Below are positions 12,698 to 25,820 of a DNA stretch of 64,000 bases, one piece after another (the first letter of the stretch is position 1; every line of letters starts with the position of its first letter). The DNA is taken from the NCBI GenBank assembly GCA_030390025.1, contig CM059432.1, positions 84,260,001-84,324,000 on the forward strand. Reading direction: 5' to 3'. The stretch comes from Squalus acanthias. Lineage: Eukaryota. The position numbers and the translations under genes were made by a program. The notes under the pieces were generated by a model. The model had not been told where the DNA came from. It worked only from the letters and a program-made list of their open reading frames with translations, and searched no databases.

Positions 12698-15600
12698 GGC
12701 CTGGATTTTGCAGTCAGCGATGAAGGAATGGTGCTCAACATTCGCCTCACTGACAGCTGCCCACAAAGTTTTTGTGGGCTAGTGAGCAGAGACTTGCTCT
12801 AAATGGGTGTCTGATCTAGCGCGGTGCACTTTACCAGGCATTAGTGGCGTCTGTGAGCAGGTCAAGAATCAGCGAGACTCTTCAATCAATCAGATTGAAA
12901 AATACTCACTGAGATACCCAGGGGGCTAAATTGGATAGCCCATGAAAATGGGCGCGGGGATCGCAATGCGTGATTAACCCACGGCCGTTGATTGAAATGC
13001 AGGCAGCGCGTCAACTTCATGCTGCCTGCTCATTCGAATGATTTCTGCATGCAGCCAGCGCTAACTCCACTGTTCATTGGCTGCACGCATCAGCAGGGGG
13101 CTCAAAATCGTAACTTCCTAGCACCACTTAAACCTAGCCTGCACTGCTGAAAGCCAGCCTGTAGCTCTTAAAAGGGAGGTGCATTGTGACTGGAGCAGGT
13201 ACTGAGAGTCGTGCAGGAAATGAATGTCCTGGGAAGCAGTGAGGAATGGCACAACATGGGTGAGAGTGGGCTCCAAAGTTTTCGGATGCTGCACTGGAGG
13301 TCTTGGTGGAGGAGGTGGACAGGAGGAGAGATGTCCTGTATCCACAGGGGGCAGGAGGCCCTACAGACACAAGGTCAAAAGGCAGGGGAGGAGGTAGCCA
13401 TGGAGGTCAATGCCAGGTGCCAAGCCCCGAGGACCTGGATGCAGTTCCGCAAGAAGTTCAATGACCTCACACAAATGGTCAAGGTCAGTGAATACATCTT
13501 CAAATGGCATATCCTACTAGCTGCACCATTAGCATCAGCCACTGCTCAATTCACCACACTCCCATCACTCATCTACCAACAAGCTCCATCAATCAGCACT
13601 CATACCTAACATTCATAACTTCACCTAACCTTCACACACTTAGCACTGCTGCAAGCCTCACACTCACATCTCACAGCTTGCACACACTGCCAGCTATTTG
13701 ACCATGACAGCCACATCACCCAAACAGATTGCACAACACTCACTGACACACTTTCCTCTCTCTTGCAGGACAAGGTGGTGCACAACTGGAGGCAGCAGGA
13801 GCTAACCGGAGGGGGACAGGCATGCCTGCATGTCCTAACCCCCATGGAGGAGATGGTGCTATCCATTATTGGAATGGCCATTGTTGAGGCCATGGCCATC
13901 GGCGGGACTGAAACCATCGAAGATGACGGTTTCCTCATACATAATCCTCCTTTCCACATCCCATTTTCCCCCTCATCCCTCAATCTCTTGTCTTACAAAC
14001 TGCAGATGGTGTAAGGATGCACTTCTTACTTTCTCCTCTCCCCTCACAACCCAACGCTTGTCCCTTTTTCCTTTCAGATACCCCAGAGGTGCAACCTACC
14101 AGGCAGTGGAGGACCCCCCACATGAGTGTAATGATGAAGACACAGCACCGTCATTTGATTTCACACTTGCAGCCACCAGCTCAGATGCTGACACTGCATG
14201 TATCTTAGAGGATAGATTAGAGGCGGGATATGCACATGATGAGACACCGGGCACGAGTGCACTGCAGCCAGGGCAGGGGGCAAGGATAGCACAGGTGCCA
14301 GCTCACCAGAGGGTGTTGTGGCACACGAGTTCTGCTGCAGAGGACTCAGATGAGGAATTCGATATGGCAGCTTACAAAAGAACGCTGATGGGTATGCACA
14401 AGGAAATGCTTGGTGCATTGGGAAGCCTGCACAGAGCCTGGAGCCCATCCTTTCCAGCATGGAAGTGGTGACCAACTCCGTTCACAAGCTTGTGGACCCA
14501 ACCATGCTGCAATGTCTGATGGCCGATGTCGTAACTTCCATTGCAGTACAAGCAGCAGCCACCCAATGTCTGAGTGCTGCAGGGGAAGATCAGAGTGTTG
14601 TCATCATGGCTGTGGATTACAGTGTTCAAAGGAGCTTGTAGGGTGTCACAGCAGTCCACCAATATGGCCTCCAACAGATTACTACTGTTGCTGAGGCGCA
14701 GACCTGCGGGAGTTACTCCATGGAGCACGAACCTGCTGTCCTCTCTAAGGATGACAGCAGTCGTCCATCCATCCCTGCCACTCTGCCAGTGTCCTTGCTG
14801 TTGCTGTCAGTCTGCCAGCCCAGACTGCTGCCGCCCAAAATGGTGTAGTCTGCAGCCGAGCCTTCTAGGCCCAGAGCTCCCCAAGGTCATGCTCCAAGGC
14901 CAGCTGCAGTGTCCTCCACTGAAAGTCAGCAACCTTCCACCAGCCATGCTGCAGCCACTGGGGTAGAACTGCATAGGCACACTTGGACAGGTAAAGACAC
15001 ACGGAAGACAGGCACTAAGGGAATGCACAAGGGTGATTAGTTTACATTTGTATGCAATATGGCATGATTTCAGTTATAAATTTAGTTTGGAATTTTTATT
15101 TTGTGGTGGTTTTTGTTTTTGCACTGCATCCAAGCAGACGCTGTGATGGTCAATGACAGAGGGAAGGTAAGGAGTGTGGGACTGTTGGTGAATGGGGAAT
15201 TGGAGTTGCGGTTACTGGCATCCATTCGAATTAGTTCTTCATGGACAGCCCAGGCGGAAAGGGGCTTTCTAGGTTGCTTCTCCTCCTCAACCACTTCATG
15301 CTCCTGCTCCTCAGCTGCTCGCCGTATAGCTGGTGGCAGGGGCTGTCCCCTCATGATGGTGAAGTTGTGCAGCATGCAGCAGACCACCATGAATTTTGGC
15401 ACCCGCTCTGCCGAGTATTACAGGGCTCCGCCAGAGCGGTCCAGGCAACGGAAGTGTTGTTTCAGCACGCCAATAGTCTGCTCTATCACAATTCGGGTGG
15501 CAGCATGGCTTTCATTGTATGTATGCTGCGCACATGTGTGTGAGTTTCACACCGGAGTCATTGGCCATGTTGTCAGCAGATAGCCCTTGTCACCCAGTAG

Positions 15601-17406
15601 CCACCCTTTGGTTTGCCGTGGTGGCTCAAATGCAGCTGGGACAGCAGACTACTGCAGAGTGAAGGCATCATGACTGCTGCCAGGATACCAGGCACTGACC
15701 TGCATGATTCGCTGCCTATGGTCACACACCAGCTGGACATTGAGGCAGTAGAATCCCTTTTGGTTCTGGTAAATGGCAGAGATAACATGCGGCGCCCGCA
15801 AAGCGATGTGTGTGTAATCAATGACACCCTGCACCATAGGGAAGCCTGAAATCCTAGCAAAGTCTTGTGCTCGCTCCGCCTGCTGGACTCTGGCAAGAGG
15901 GAATGAAATGTAGTTTGCTCTCTTTGAATAGGGAGCCTCAGTGACCTCCCTTACGTAACAGTGGATGGCAAACTGTGAGATGTTGCAAATATCTCTAGCT
16001 CCAGCCTGGAAGGATCCAGACACAAAAAAGTTGATTACCACGGTCACCTTCACAGCCACTGGCAATACGGTCCTTGTCCTACTCTGAGGTTGCAGTTGTG
16101 GCTGCAGCAGGTGGCAGATTTCAGTGAGAACATCCTTATTGAAGTGCAGACGTCTCACACATTGTTCCTCGCTGAGGTTCAGGTAGGAGAATTGCTCCCT
16201 GAACAGCCTGGGCAGATATGGCCTCCTGCTAAGAGCCCTTCTCCCCCTCCTCCTCCCGCTTCTAGCCGCTTGTCCTGCTCTGGATGACTTCTGCTCATTC
16301 TCCTAGTCTACTGTAATCCAAGGGGAATTCCGACTACTGCACCCATGTCTGGGAGCAACTGGTTTGTGCAGAATCCTTGAAGTCAGGAAAAATTCCTTCA
16401 GCACCTGCCACACCACTCCCTGTAGACTTTGGCAACTTCAAAGAACTATGGAAAGCATGAAACCCTTATACAATTGTAGCAACAGCCAGAAGAAATCAAT
16501 CAACAACTAACCTGTAAGTAGTTGATGATCCCTTTTAATAGCACTGGTGGGGGGTCCTTCCTGCTGCTTAACGCATGTTCAGCTGTGCGAGGATAAGAGT
16601 GGGCGTTGAACTCCAAAATGGCACCCCTGTCATCAAATCAGCATTACACGCTGATTGATGTCATGATCTGCCGACTCTGCATACTTCTGGAGTACGTTAG
16701 CTGTGAGTGTGCTAACGCCCTCACCAATATGGCGTCTGGCACAATTCATGGCAGAAGTGTGCATGTGCACATCATACATCATTTTGGTCCCCGAACGGCA
16801 CCCGTAGCACCCAAATAACAGGTGCTTCTGAGCCCAATTTCCCACCACCAGAGTTTAAACCAGGAAGTATAAAGCAGGAAGTATAAATTAGATTTAAATC
16901 ATGAACAGAAAGAAAAATAAAGATTGAGAAAGATAGATGGGAGTAAGTGAGAGAGATAAAAGAGTCAGGCAGAAAAAGTAAAAAAAAGTAATTTTAATTT
17001 TAAAAAAAATCTCCAACACTAATTAACTTCTGAAGGAATTAATCTCCGCACTTGCAAAATTTAATTTTCAGGGCCAGAGAGGTTGTTTGGCAGTAATTAT
17101 CACTTACCCCCCGTTAAAAATTCACTTAATACTGAATGCACCAACCCTAACTTTTTCTGGCATGTTTAGTCGGTAACTAGTGGATCCGTACTCCAACTTC
17201 ACGCTGTTGCATGTATTTAAATGCTGAGTCAATCGACTAGGTTCTGTTATAGCATAGCCTGTGGAGGAGCAGGGTAACTCAGAATACAACTTCTGGATTT
17301 CCACGTTTAACTGCACATGTGCGTACTCCGGAAGTTGCTGTCCAATTTACTCCATAGTAACGGTGAGCACTGTTACCCTCACCGTTATTAATACAAAATC
17401 CAGGCC
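12698..17406. mobile_element. Harbinger-type MITE (~790 bp) hosting a nested Harbinger
   Basis: TIR GGCCTGGATTTTG / CAAAATCCAGGCC, TSD AAT (12695-12697 / 17407-17409). Sister copy at 17786-18437. Confidence 0.85.
12921..16846. mobile_element. Full-length but decayed Harbinger (Myb-like gene + at ~13246-15039; transposase - at ~15212-16346)
   Basis: Ends GGGGGCTAAATTGG / CCAATTTCCCACC. Motifs FRKKFNDLT, GVIDYTHIALRAP and SHDAFTL are present, with multiple frameshifts. Confidence 0.9.
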
Positions 17407-17785
17407 AATGAATTTCTAGGGAATTAGCCATACTAGATTTTGCAATGAGTAATGAACCAGAATTAGTTAATAATCTGGCAGTCAGAGAACATCTTGCAAA
17501 TAGTGACCATAATGTGATTGAATTTGATATTTTCTTTGAGAGGAATAATGAGTCACAAACCAAAGTTTTAAATTTAAATAGGGAAAACATCAAAGGGATG
17601 TGAAATGTAGTAAACTGGGTAAACTGTTAATTGGTAAACCTACAAAGAGTAGGAAGTATTCATAAAATATTTGGTACGATACAAAATATTTGGTACAATT
17701 CAAAACCAGTACATACCCCTAAAAGAAAAAGGCTCCATTTGTGTAGTTTAGCAACCATCATCAACAAATGAGATAAGAGACAGTT

Positions 17786-18437
17786 GGCCCGGATTTTGTG
17801 GTAAAAATAACAGTGAGGCTATCAACCGTTCACCGTTATTAAAGAGTAAATCAGACAGCAACTTTCAGTGACAGCACATGCGCAGTTAAATACGGAAATC
17901 AGGAAGTTGCTGTCCGAGTTGCCCTGCTCCTCCAGAAGCTGAGAGATTCTCATTCAAATACATGGAAGGTGTGAAGTTGTGGTACTTATGTGATAGCTAC
18001 CCACTAAACACGCCAGAAAAAGTTAGGACTTGTCCATTCCAGTGTAAGTACATTTTTAATGCTGTGCTAAGTCTTAATTACTGCCAAACAACCTCTCTGG
18101 GACTGAAAAGTGTGGAGTATCATTCCTTTAGATTTTAATTATTGTTGAAAATTTTTAAAAATTTAAAAAATATATTTTACATTTTTTTCTGTCTCTTTTA
18201 TCTCTCTCTTTTAATCCAATCTTTATTTCCCTCTCTTTATTTTGCTTTCTATACATGTTGCTTGTCCTGTTCACACAGGTTCCAAATCCCCGGATCACCC
18301 GTAGAGGGAACTGCGCTGAAATGGATTACTAATCACCGCAAGTTCCAGTGCAAAAGCCAATAGAAAGTCTGTGGGTAAGTGTAAGTGCAACGAATGGCTG
18401 GTGCCATTCGTTTGCCGCTGACTGCAAAATCCAGGCT
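17786..18437. mobile_element. Harbinger-type MITE, inverted sister of 12698-17406
   Basis: GGCCCGGATTTTG...CAAAATCCAGGCT termini. Internal sequence is the reverse-complement homolog of 16850-17406 and 12698-12780. Confidence 0.8.
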
Positions 18438-18465
18438 AGTATCAACCAGATTGCGATAGGTGTAA

Positions 18466-21400
18466 TTTGTTTTTATTCGCTTATGGGATCTGGGTGTCGC
18501 TGGCAAGGCCAGCATTTATTGCCTATCCCTAGCTGCCCTTGAGAAGGTGGTGGTGAGCCGCCTTCTTGAACCGCTGCAGTCCATGTGGTGAAGGTACTCC
18601 CACAGTGCTGTTAGGTAAGGAGTTCCAGGATTTTGACCCAGCGACGATGAAGGATCGGTGATATACTTCTAAGTCAGGATGGTGTGTGACTTGGAGGGGA
18701 ACTTGGAGGTGGTGGTGTTCCCATGTGTCTGCTGCCCTTGTCCTTCTAGGTGGAAGAGGTCGCGGGTTTGGGAGGTGCTGTCGAAGAAACCTTGGCGAGT
18801 TGCTGCAGTGCATCTTGTTGATGGAACACACTGCAGCCATGGTACACCGGTGGAGGGAGTGAATGTTTAAGGTGGTGGATGGGGTGCCAATCAAGTGGGC
18901 TGCTTTGTCTGGGATGGTGTCGAGCTTCTTGAGTTCCTGACTTGTGCATTGTAGATGGTGGAAAGGCTTTGGGGAGTCAGGAGGTGAGACACTCGCTGCA
19001 GAATACCTAGCCTCTGACCTGCTCTTGTTGCCACAGTATTTATATGGCTGGTCCAGTTAAGTTTCTGGTCAATGGTGACCCCCAGGATGTTGATGGTGGG
19101 GGATTCAGCGATGGTAATGCCATTGAATGTCAAGGGAAGGTGGTTAGACTCTCGTTTGTTGGAGGTAGTCATTGCCTGGCACTTCTGTGGCATGAATGTT
19201 ACCTGCCACTTAATCAGCCCTAAGCCTGAACGTCGTCCAGGTCTTGTTGCATGCATGCATGGACTGCTTCATTATCTGAGGAGTTGTGAATGGTGCTGAA
19301 CACTGTGCAGTCATCAGCGAACATCCCCATTTCTGACCTTATGTTGGGGGTAAGGTCATTGATGAAGCAGCTGAAGATGGTTGGGCCTAGGACACTGCCC
19401 TGAGGAACTACTGCAGCGATGTTTGACCTTCAGCCACCACAACCATCTTCCTTTGTGCTAGGTATGACTCAAGCCAGTGGAGCGTTTTCCCCGATTCCCA
19501 TTGACTTCAGTTTTACTAGGGCTCCTTGATGCCAGACTCGGTCAAATGCTGCCTTGATGTCAAGGACAGTCACTCTCACCTCACCTCTGGAATTCAGCTC
19601 CTTTGTCCATGTTTGGACCAAGGCTGTAATGAGGTCGGGAGCCGAGTGATCTTGGCGGAACCCAAACTGGGTATCACTGAGCAGGTGCCGCTTGATATCA
19701 CTGTCGATGACACCTTCCATCATTTTGTTGATGATTCAGAGTAGACTGATGGGGTGGTAATTGGCCAGGTTGGATTTGTCCTGCTTTTTGTGGACAGGAC
19801 TTACCTGGGCAGTTTTCCACATTGTCGAATAGATGCCAGTGTTGTAGCTGTACTGGAATAGCTTGGCTGGAGACACGGCTAGTTCTGGAGCACAAGTCTT
19901 CAGCACGATAGCAGGGATGTTGTCGGGGCCCATAGCCTTTGCTGTCTCCAGTGCGCTCAGCTGTTTCTTGTTATCACGTGGAGTGAATTGAATTGGCTGA
20001 AGACTGGCTTCTGTGATGGTGGGGACCTCAGGAGGAGGCCGATAGGGATCATCCACTTGGCACTTCTGGCTGAAGATGCTTCAGCCTTGTCTTTTACACT
20101 CACGTGATGGGCTCCACCATCATTGGGGATATTCATGGCGCCTCCTCCTCCGGTTAGTTGTTTAATGGTCCACCACCATTCACGACTGCAGAGCTTTGAT
20201 CTGATCCGTTGATTGTGGGATCGCTTAGCCTTGTCTATAGCATGCTGCTTCCGCTTTTTCGCATGCATGCATGTAGTCCTGTGTTGCAGCTTCCCCAGGT
20301 TGGCACCTCAGTTTTAGGTACACCTGGTGCTGCTCCTGGCATGATCTTCTACACTCCTTATTGAACCAGGGTTGGTCCCCTGGCTTGGTGGTAATGGTAA
20401 AGTGAGGGATATGCCGGGCCATGAGGTTACAGACTGTGGTGGAATACAATTCTGCTGCCCCACAGCACCTCATGGACGGCCAGTTTTGAGCTGCTAGATC
20501 TGTTCTGAATCTATCCACTCAACACGATGGAGGGTGTCTTCAGTGTGAAGACAGGACTTCATCTCCACAATGACTGTGCGGTGGTCACTGCTACCAATGC
20601 TGTCATGGACAGATGCATCTGCGACAGGTAGATTGGTGAGGACGAGGTCAAGTAGGTTTTCCCTCATGTTGGTTGTCGCAGGCACCAGACTTACAGTTAT
20701 GTCCTTCATAGTGGTGCTACCAAGCCACTTTTTGAAGTCTCCCACCCAGAGTACATTCTGTGCCCTTGCTACTCTCGGTGCTTCTTCCAAGTGGTGTTCA
20801 ACATGGAGGAGTACTGATGCATCAGCTGAGGGAGGGCAGTAGGTGGTAATCAGCAGGAGGTTTCCTTGCCCATTCTTGACCTGAAGCCATGAGACCTCAT
20901 GGGGTCCGGAGTCAATGTTGAGGACTCCCAGGGCCACTCCTTCCCAACTGTATACCACTGTGCCACCACCCCTGGTGATGGTGAGTTTGGGAACATTGGC
21001 TGAAAGGTATGATTCTGTCTATGTCAGGCTGTTGCTTGACTAGTCTGTGGGACAATTCTTGTGCACAAGTCCCCAGATGTTGGTGAGGAGGACTTTACAG
21101 TGTTGACTGGGCTGGGCATGCGTTGCCATGTCCATAGCCAGGTTGTCCATCCAGTTTCAATGTTACAACTGAGTGGCTTGCTAGGCCATTTCAGAGGGCA
21201 GTTAAGAGTCACCCACATTGCTGTGGGTCTGGAGTCACATATAGGTCAGACCAGGTAAGGACAGCAGATTTCCCTTTAGGACATTAGTGAACCAGATGGG
21301 TTTTTACGACAATCTGATAGTTTTATGGTTACTAGCTTTTTATTCCAGATTTATTTAATTAACTGTATTTAAATTTCCCGGCTGCCATGGTTGGGATTTG

Positions 21401-21478
21401 AACTCATATCTCTAGATCATTAAGTCAAGGCCTCTGGATTACTAGCCCAGTGACATTACCACTACACTACCGTACCCA
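18466..21478 (-). mobile_element. Full-length tRNA-headed single-ORF LINE (APE endonuclease + RT; CR1/L2/Jockey-like group), decayed copy
   Basis: tRNA-like head, then EN (KVLLTNIWGL..WVGDF..DLVLTN..SDH) and RT (QFGFR..LDIKAAFDRVWH..PQGSVLGP..FADD), and a 3' tail with AATAAA and GAATAAAAA. No ORF1. Confidence 0.9.
21394..21478 (-). promoter_or_regulatory. tRNA-derived internal Pol III promoter
   Basis: A box TAGTGTAGTGG (21469-21459) and B box GTTCAAATCC (21403-21394) on the - strand. Confidence 0.85.
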
Positions 21479-21599
21479 CTCTGTAAGCTAACACCCGTAG
21501 CAACTGTGACAAACCTTAAGGGTTACCAGTGAAAATACAAGTTTAAGTCTAATTCCAATAGTAGGAGATAAACAAAATAAAAATGTTAATAAAGTAAAT

Positions 21600-23952
21600 G
21601 AGAAATTGGGAGGTTTAGCGCTGGCCGTTAAGGTCGGTTTTACTGCATGGCAGCAGCCATGCTACCAGCGCAGAATGTAGCGGCCGCCGTTGTCTGCGCT
21701 CGATGCCCACAGGTAAATTATGCACATCATGAGGTTAATCAGCGTGCAACGCCTGAATTGATGCACAAATGTGATTTTGGACATCAACGCTCTTGATACC
21801 GCCCTCGCCAAACCATGCACAGAAGAACATGTGTGCAGCAGTACTACAGAGACGGTGCCAGTACTTCTTAAAGGGACACACACATCTTTCAGGTAAGTTT
21901 AGATTTTAGCTTTTGGACTAATTTTTATGCATTTTATTGGAGTAGTGGCTCAGTGCAGTACATTAAAAAAGTTGTTGAAGTGTGCAGTGAGTGCAGGGCA
22001 AGCTGCTGGACATTTGCAAGGTAATGGCTGTTAAAGGAAGGCCGCTGAGAACAGCACTTGCTTACAGGCCTGGGGGCTGTAGTTACAGACCCTCTTGGGC
22101 TGCAACACCACATGGAGATGAAGCAGAGGCAGCAAAGGGGACAAGTTGCTCACAGAGGGAACAGGAAGAAGCAGAAGAGGAAGAAGCAAAAGAGGAAAAA
22201 GCAGAAGAGGAAGCAGAAGGAAGGAGGCAACAAACGTTCCCTTTAAGCTGCGCGGTTGCATGGCCATGCAGCTCTAGGGGACCCACGCAGTCGGTGAGCT
22301 GGCTTTTAAATAGAATAACCGCACATGCGCAGAATTTTGAATGGCCTGCACAGTCCATTTTAAAGATTAGGGGGAACATTGCAGCAACCCAGACACCCTC
22401 TTTCTGGTCGGGATATCCGAGATCGAATCATCCATTTGTGGTACCAGTGAACACAACTCCAATTCCCCTTTCAACATTTGTCCCACATCTTACCTTCCCT
22501 CTGTTACTGACCATCACAGCGTCCTCTTGGCCATAATGCTGTAATAAAAGCCACCACAAAACAAACTTTCCAATCCAACTTTATCCATAAATGCATCCAA
22601 TATTACACCAAAAAATCAACTAATCACCCTTGTACATTCCCTTAGTGACTGTCCTGTGTCTGCTTTTGCCTATCCTAGTGATGTTACGCAGTGCTAACCC
22701 AGTGGCTGCAGCATAACTGGTGGAAGGCTGCTGACTTTCAGTGGGGAACACAGCAGATAGCCTTGCAGGACGACCTCGAGGAGCTGGTGGCTTAGAGGTC
22801 AAATCGAGTGACGGTGTTTCTTCTTCTTCACTCTCCTCTCTGTCTTCTTGGTCAACGATTGACTGGGCAGGCTAGGTTTCTTGGGTGTCTGAAATGAGGA
22901 AGGCACAAGGGTAGGGTTGTGGTGAGGGAAGGGTGGGAAAGTAAGAGGTGCATGCTTACATCATGTGCAGCTTATACATCAGAAGATATTGTGGGATGAG
23001 GAGCAAGTGGGATGTGAGAAGGAGGATAACATATGAGGATACCAGCATCTTGTATTCTTTCAGCCCTGCTGCTGGCCAAGAGCTCAGCCATGCCCCTGCC
23101 AAGAATGGCCAGCACCGTCTCCTCCAAGGGGGTGAGGTGAAGCTAGGAATGTGAGGTGTGCCTCGTGTTTGGTAGAGATTGTTGTTAGGTGAGTGATGGG
23201 GGGAGGGGGGTGTCATGCATTGAGAAGTGTGTGAGGCTAGTGATTCAGTTGATAGGAGATGGCTTTTGAAGATGCATTCACTGACCTTGACCACTCATCT
23301 GAGGTCATGAAACTTCTTTGGTCACTGGAACCAGGTCCTCGGGCGACACTGCTGGCAGTGATGGTCTTGGCAATCTGGTCACACATGCTTTTTTCTGGAG
23401 GGCCTCCTGGCCCCCTGTGGGTAGAGGACCTCTCTTCCAGTGTTGATCCCCTGCACAAAGCTAGAGTGCTGCATCCAAAAGCCTGGATGCCCTTTCTCTG
23501 GCCTGTTGAACCATTTGTGTTAGTGCTGAAGCACTTTTAGCATTTTTAATGTGCAGAAGGCAGTTCAGCTTTAAGAGCTGCAGACTGCTTAGTTCGGAAG
23601 GATTTTTAATGTTTTTGAAGAAGGCAGTTCAACTTTCAGAGCTGCAGATTGCCCAGTTCTGAAGGATTTTTTTTTCAGAAGGCAGTTCAGCTTTAAGGGC
23701 TAGAGACCGCATTGAAAAGGAACAGGCTAGCTTTAAGTAAAGGCAACCTCGCTCCAGCAACACAAACTTGGGCCCTCTGCTGAGCGCACAGCCTGTCAGA
23801 AGCGCTTTAGTCGTTAGGCTGTGCGCTACAATCATGTCAAGTAGCAGGCAGCACCAAATTGACTTGCTGCCTGAGCTTTCTGAATGGGCATGGGCATATT
23901 TCGCATCGCGGTGCCCATGCCCATTTTTTGAGCTTAATCGAATTTCACCCCC
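21600..23952. mobile_element. Internally deleted, decayed Harbinger
   Basis: Right end AATTTCACCCCC. Myb-like remnants on - (FHDLR..VKVSE at ~23280-23310; KGMYKGD end at 22620). Acidic transposase tail remnant on +. Confidence 0.7.
22231..22381. mobile_element. hAT-type MITE (CAATGTTCCC-type termini)
   Basis: Termini AACGTTCCC...GGGAACATTG; TSD degraded. Confidence 0.65.
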
Positions 23953-24079
23953 GATATCTTTAGTGTCACAGAGACATGATGGAATGATTCCACAATGGGA
24001 TACATATCTGGAAGTATTTAAATTGTTTTGAAGAAACCGTATCAGGAGAAAAGTAGGCAGTGTGACAATATATATAAAC

Positions 24080-25326
24080 ATCAGTGAAGAGCCCCACCTC
24101 TGACCTTATGATGGAGGAAAGGTCACTGATGAAACAGGTGAAGATAGTTGGGTCTAAGACGCTGCCCTGAGGAACTCCTGAAGCGATGTCCTGGCAGTGA
24201 AATGAATGGCCTCCAATGATCAAAACCATCTTCCTTTGTGTTAGGTATGACTCCAGCCAGTGGAGAGTTTTCCCCCCGATTCCCATTGACTTCAATTTTA
24301 CTAGGGCTCTTTAATGCCACACTCGGTCAAATGCTGTCTTGATGTCAAGGGCAGTCACTCTCACCTCACCTCTGGAATTCAGCTCTTTTATCCATGTTTG
24401 GACCAAGGCTGTAATGAGGTCTGGAGCCGAGTGATCCTGGCAGAACCCAAACTGAGCATCGGTGAGCTGGTTATTGGTAAGTGCCTCTTGATAGCACTGT
24501 CGCTGACACCTTCCATCACTTTGCTGGTGATTGAGAGTAGAGTGATGGGGCGGTAATTGGCCGAATTGGATTTGTCCTATTTTTTGTGGACAGGATACAC
24601 CTGGGCAATTTTCCACATTGTCGGGTAAATGCCAGTGTTTTTGCTGTACTGCAACAGCTTGGCTAAAGGTGCAGCTAGTTCTGGAGCACAAGTCTTCACC
24701 ACGACAGCCGGGATATTGTCAACGCCCATAGCCTTTGCTGTATGCAGTGCACTCAGCCGTTTCTTGATATCACGTGGAGTGAATCGAATTGGCTGAAGAC
24801 TGGCTTCTGTGATGGTGGGGACCTCAGGAGGAGGCCGAGATGGATCATCCACTTGGCACTTCTGGCTGGAAATGGTTGCAAACGCTTCAGCCTTGTCTTT
24901 TGAACTCACATGCTGGGCTCTGCCATCATTGAGGATGAGGATGTTCATGGAGCCTCCTCCTCCAGTTAGTTGTTTAATTGTCCACCACGATTCACAACTG
25001 GATGTGGCAGGACTGCAGCGCTTTGATCTGATCCGTTGATTGTGGGATCACTTAGCTCTGTCTATAGCACGCTATTTCCGCTGTTTAGCATGTATGTAGT
25101 CCTGTGTTGTAGCTTCACCAGGTCGACACTTCATTTTTAGGTACACCTGGTGCTGCTCCTGGCATGATCTTTTACACTCCTCATTGAACCAGGGTTGGTC
25201 CCCTGGCTTGATGGTAATGGTAGAGTGAGGGATATGCCGGGGCATGAGGTTACAGATTGTGGTGGAATACAACTCTGCTGCTGCTGCTGCCCCACTGCGC
25301 CTCATGGATGCCCAGTTTTGAACTGC
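24080..25326 (-). mobile_element. Internal fragment of the tRNA-headed LINE family
   Basis: Collinear with ~19310-20490 (TCAPELAAPLAKL; GVPQGSVLDP). Confidence 0.9.
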
Positions 25327-25328
25327 AA

Positions 25329-25820
25329 TTAAATGAGGAAGAGGAAGGGGCCAAGGATTGACCGTTGGGTGATTCTGGAGATCACGATGCGGGGGCAGGA
25401 ACAGAACACATTGCTAAAGTTGCTTTGTCTACAATCAGATAAGTGAGAGTGGAACCAAGTGAGGATAGTCAATGACAACAAGAAGTTGCATTTATATAGC
25501 ACCTTTATAAAAAATGTTCCCACTAAGCTAGACAATGGAGGAGAGTAATTGAAGAAAGATGGTGTGGTTAGAGCATATCAAAGGCTAAAGAGAGGTCAAG
25601 GAGGATGAGGAGGAATAATGCACTATGGTAACACTCACAGAGGATATAATTTGTGACATTGATTAGGGGCATTTTGGTGTCTTGGCAGGGATGGAAAACT
25701 GATTAGAGAGATTCAAGCAGAGAGTTGTGGGAAAGATGGGAACAGATTTAGGAGACATCAACACATTCGAGGACTTTGGAGAGGAAATAAAAGTTGCAGA
25801 TGGGGCAGTACTTTGTAAAG
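25329..25820 (-). mobile_element. L2 LINE RT fragment, degraded
   Basis: WFHSHLSD.RQ...QRSILGPFLFLI and NQFSIPAKTPKCP remnants. Confidence 0.65.

Larger units (their letters stand above)
11620..17780 (+). mobile_element. Old CR1 endonuclease-region fragment split by nested insertions
   Basis: Degraded EN motifs in pieces at 11620-11765, 12495-12697 (VVIMRDFNVHIDW) and 17407-17780 (SDHNVIEF). Confidence 0.65.

Noticed and set aside
21394..21478. Functional tRNA gene
   Set aside because: No clean cloverleaf, extended A-B spacing and no terminator; it is a retroelement head.
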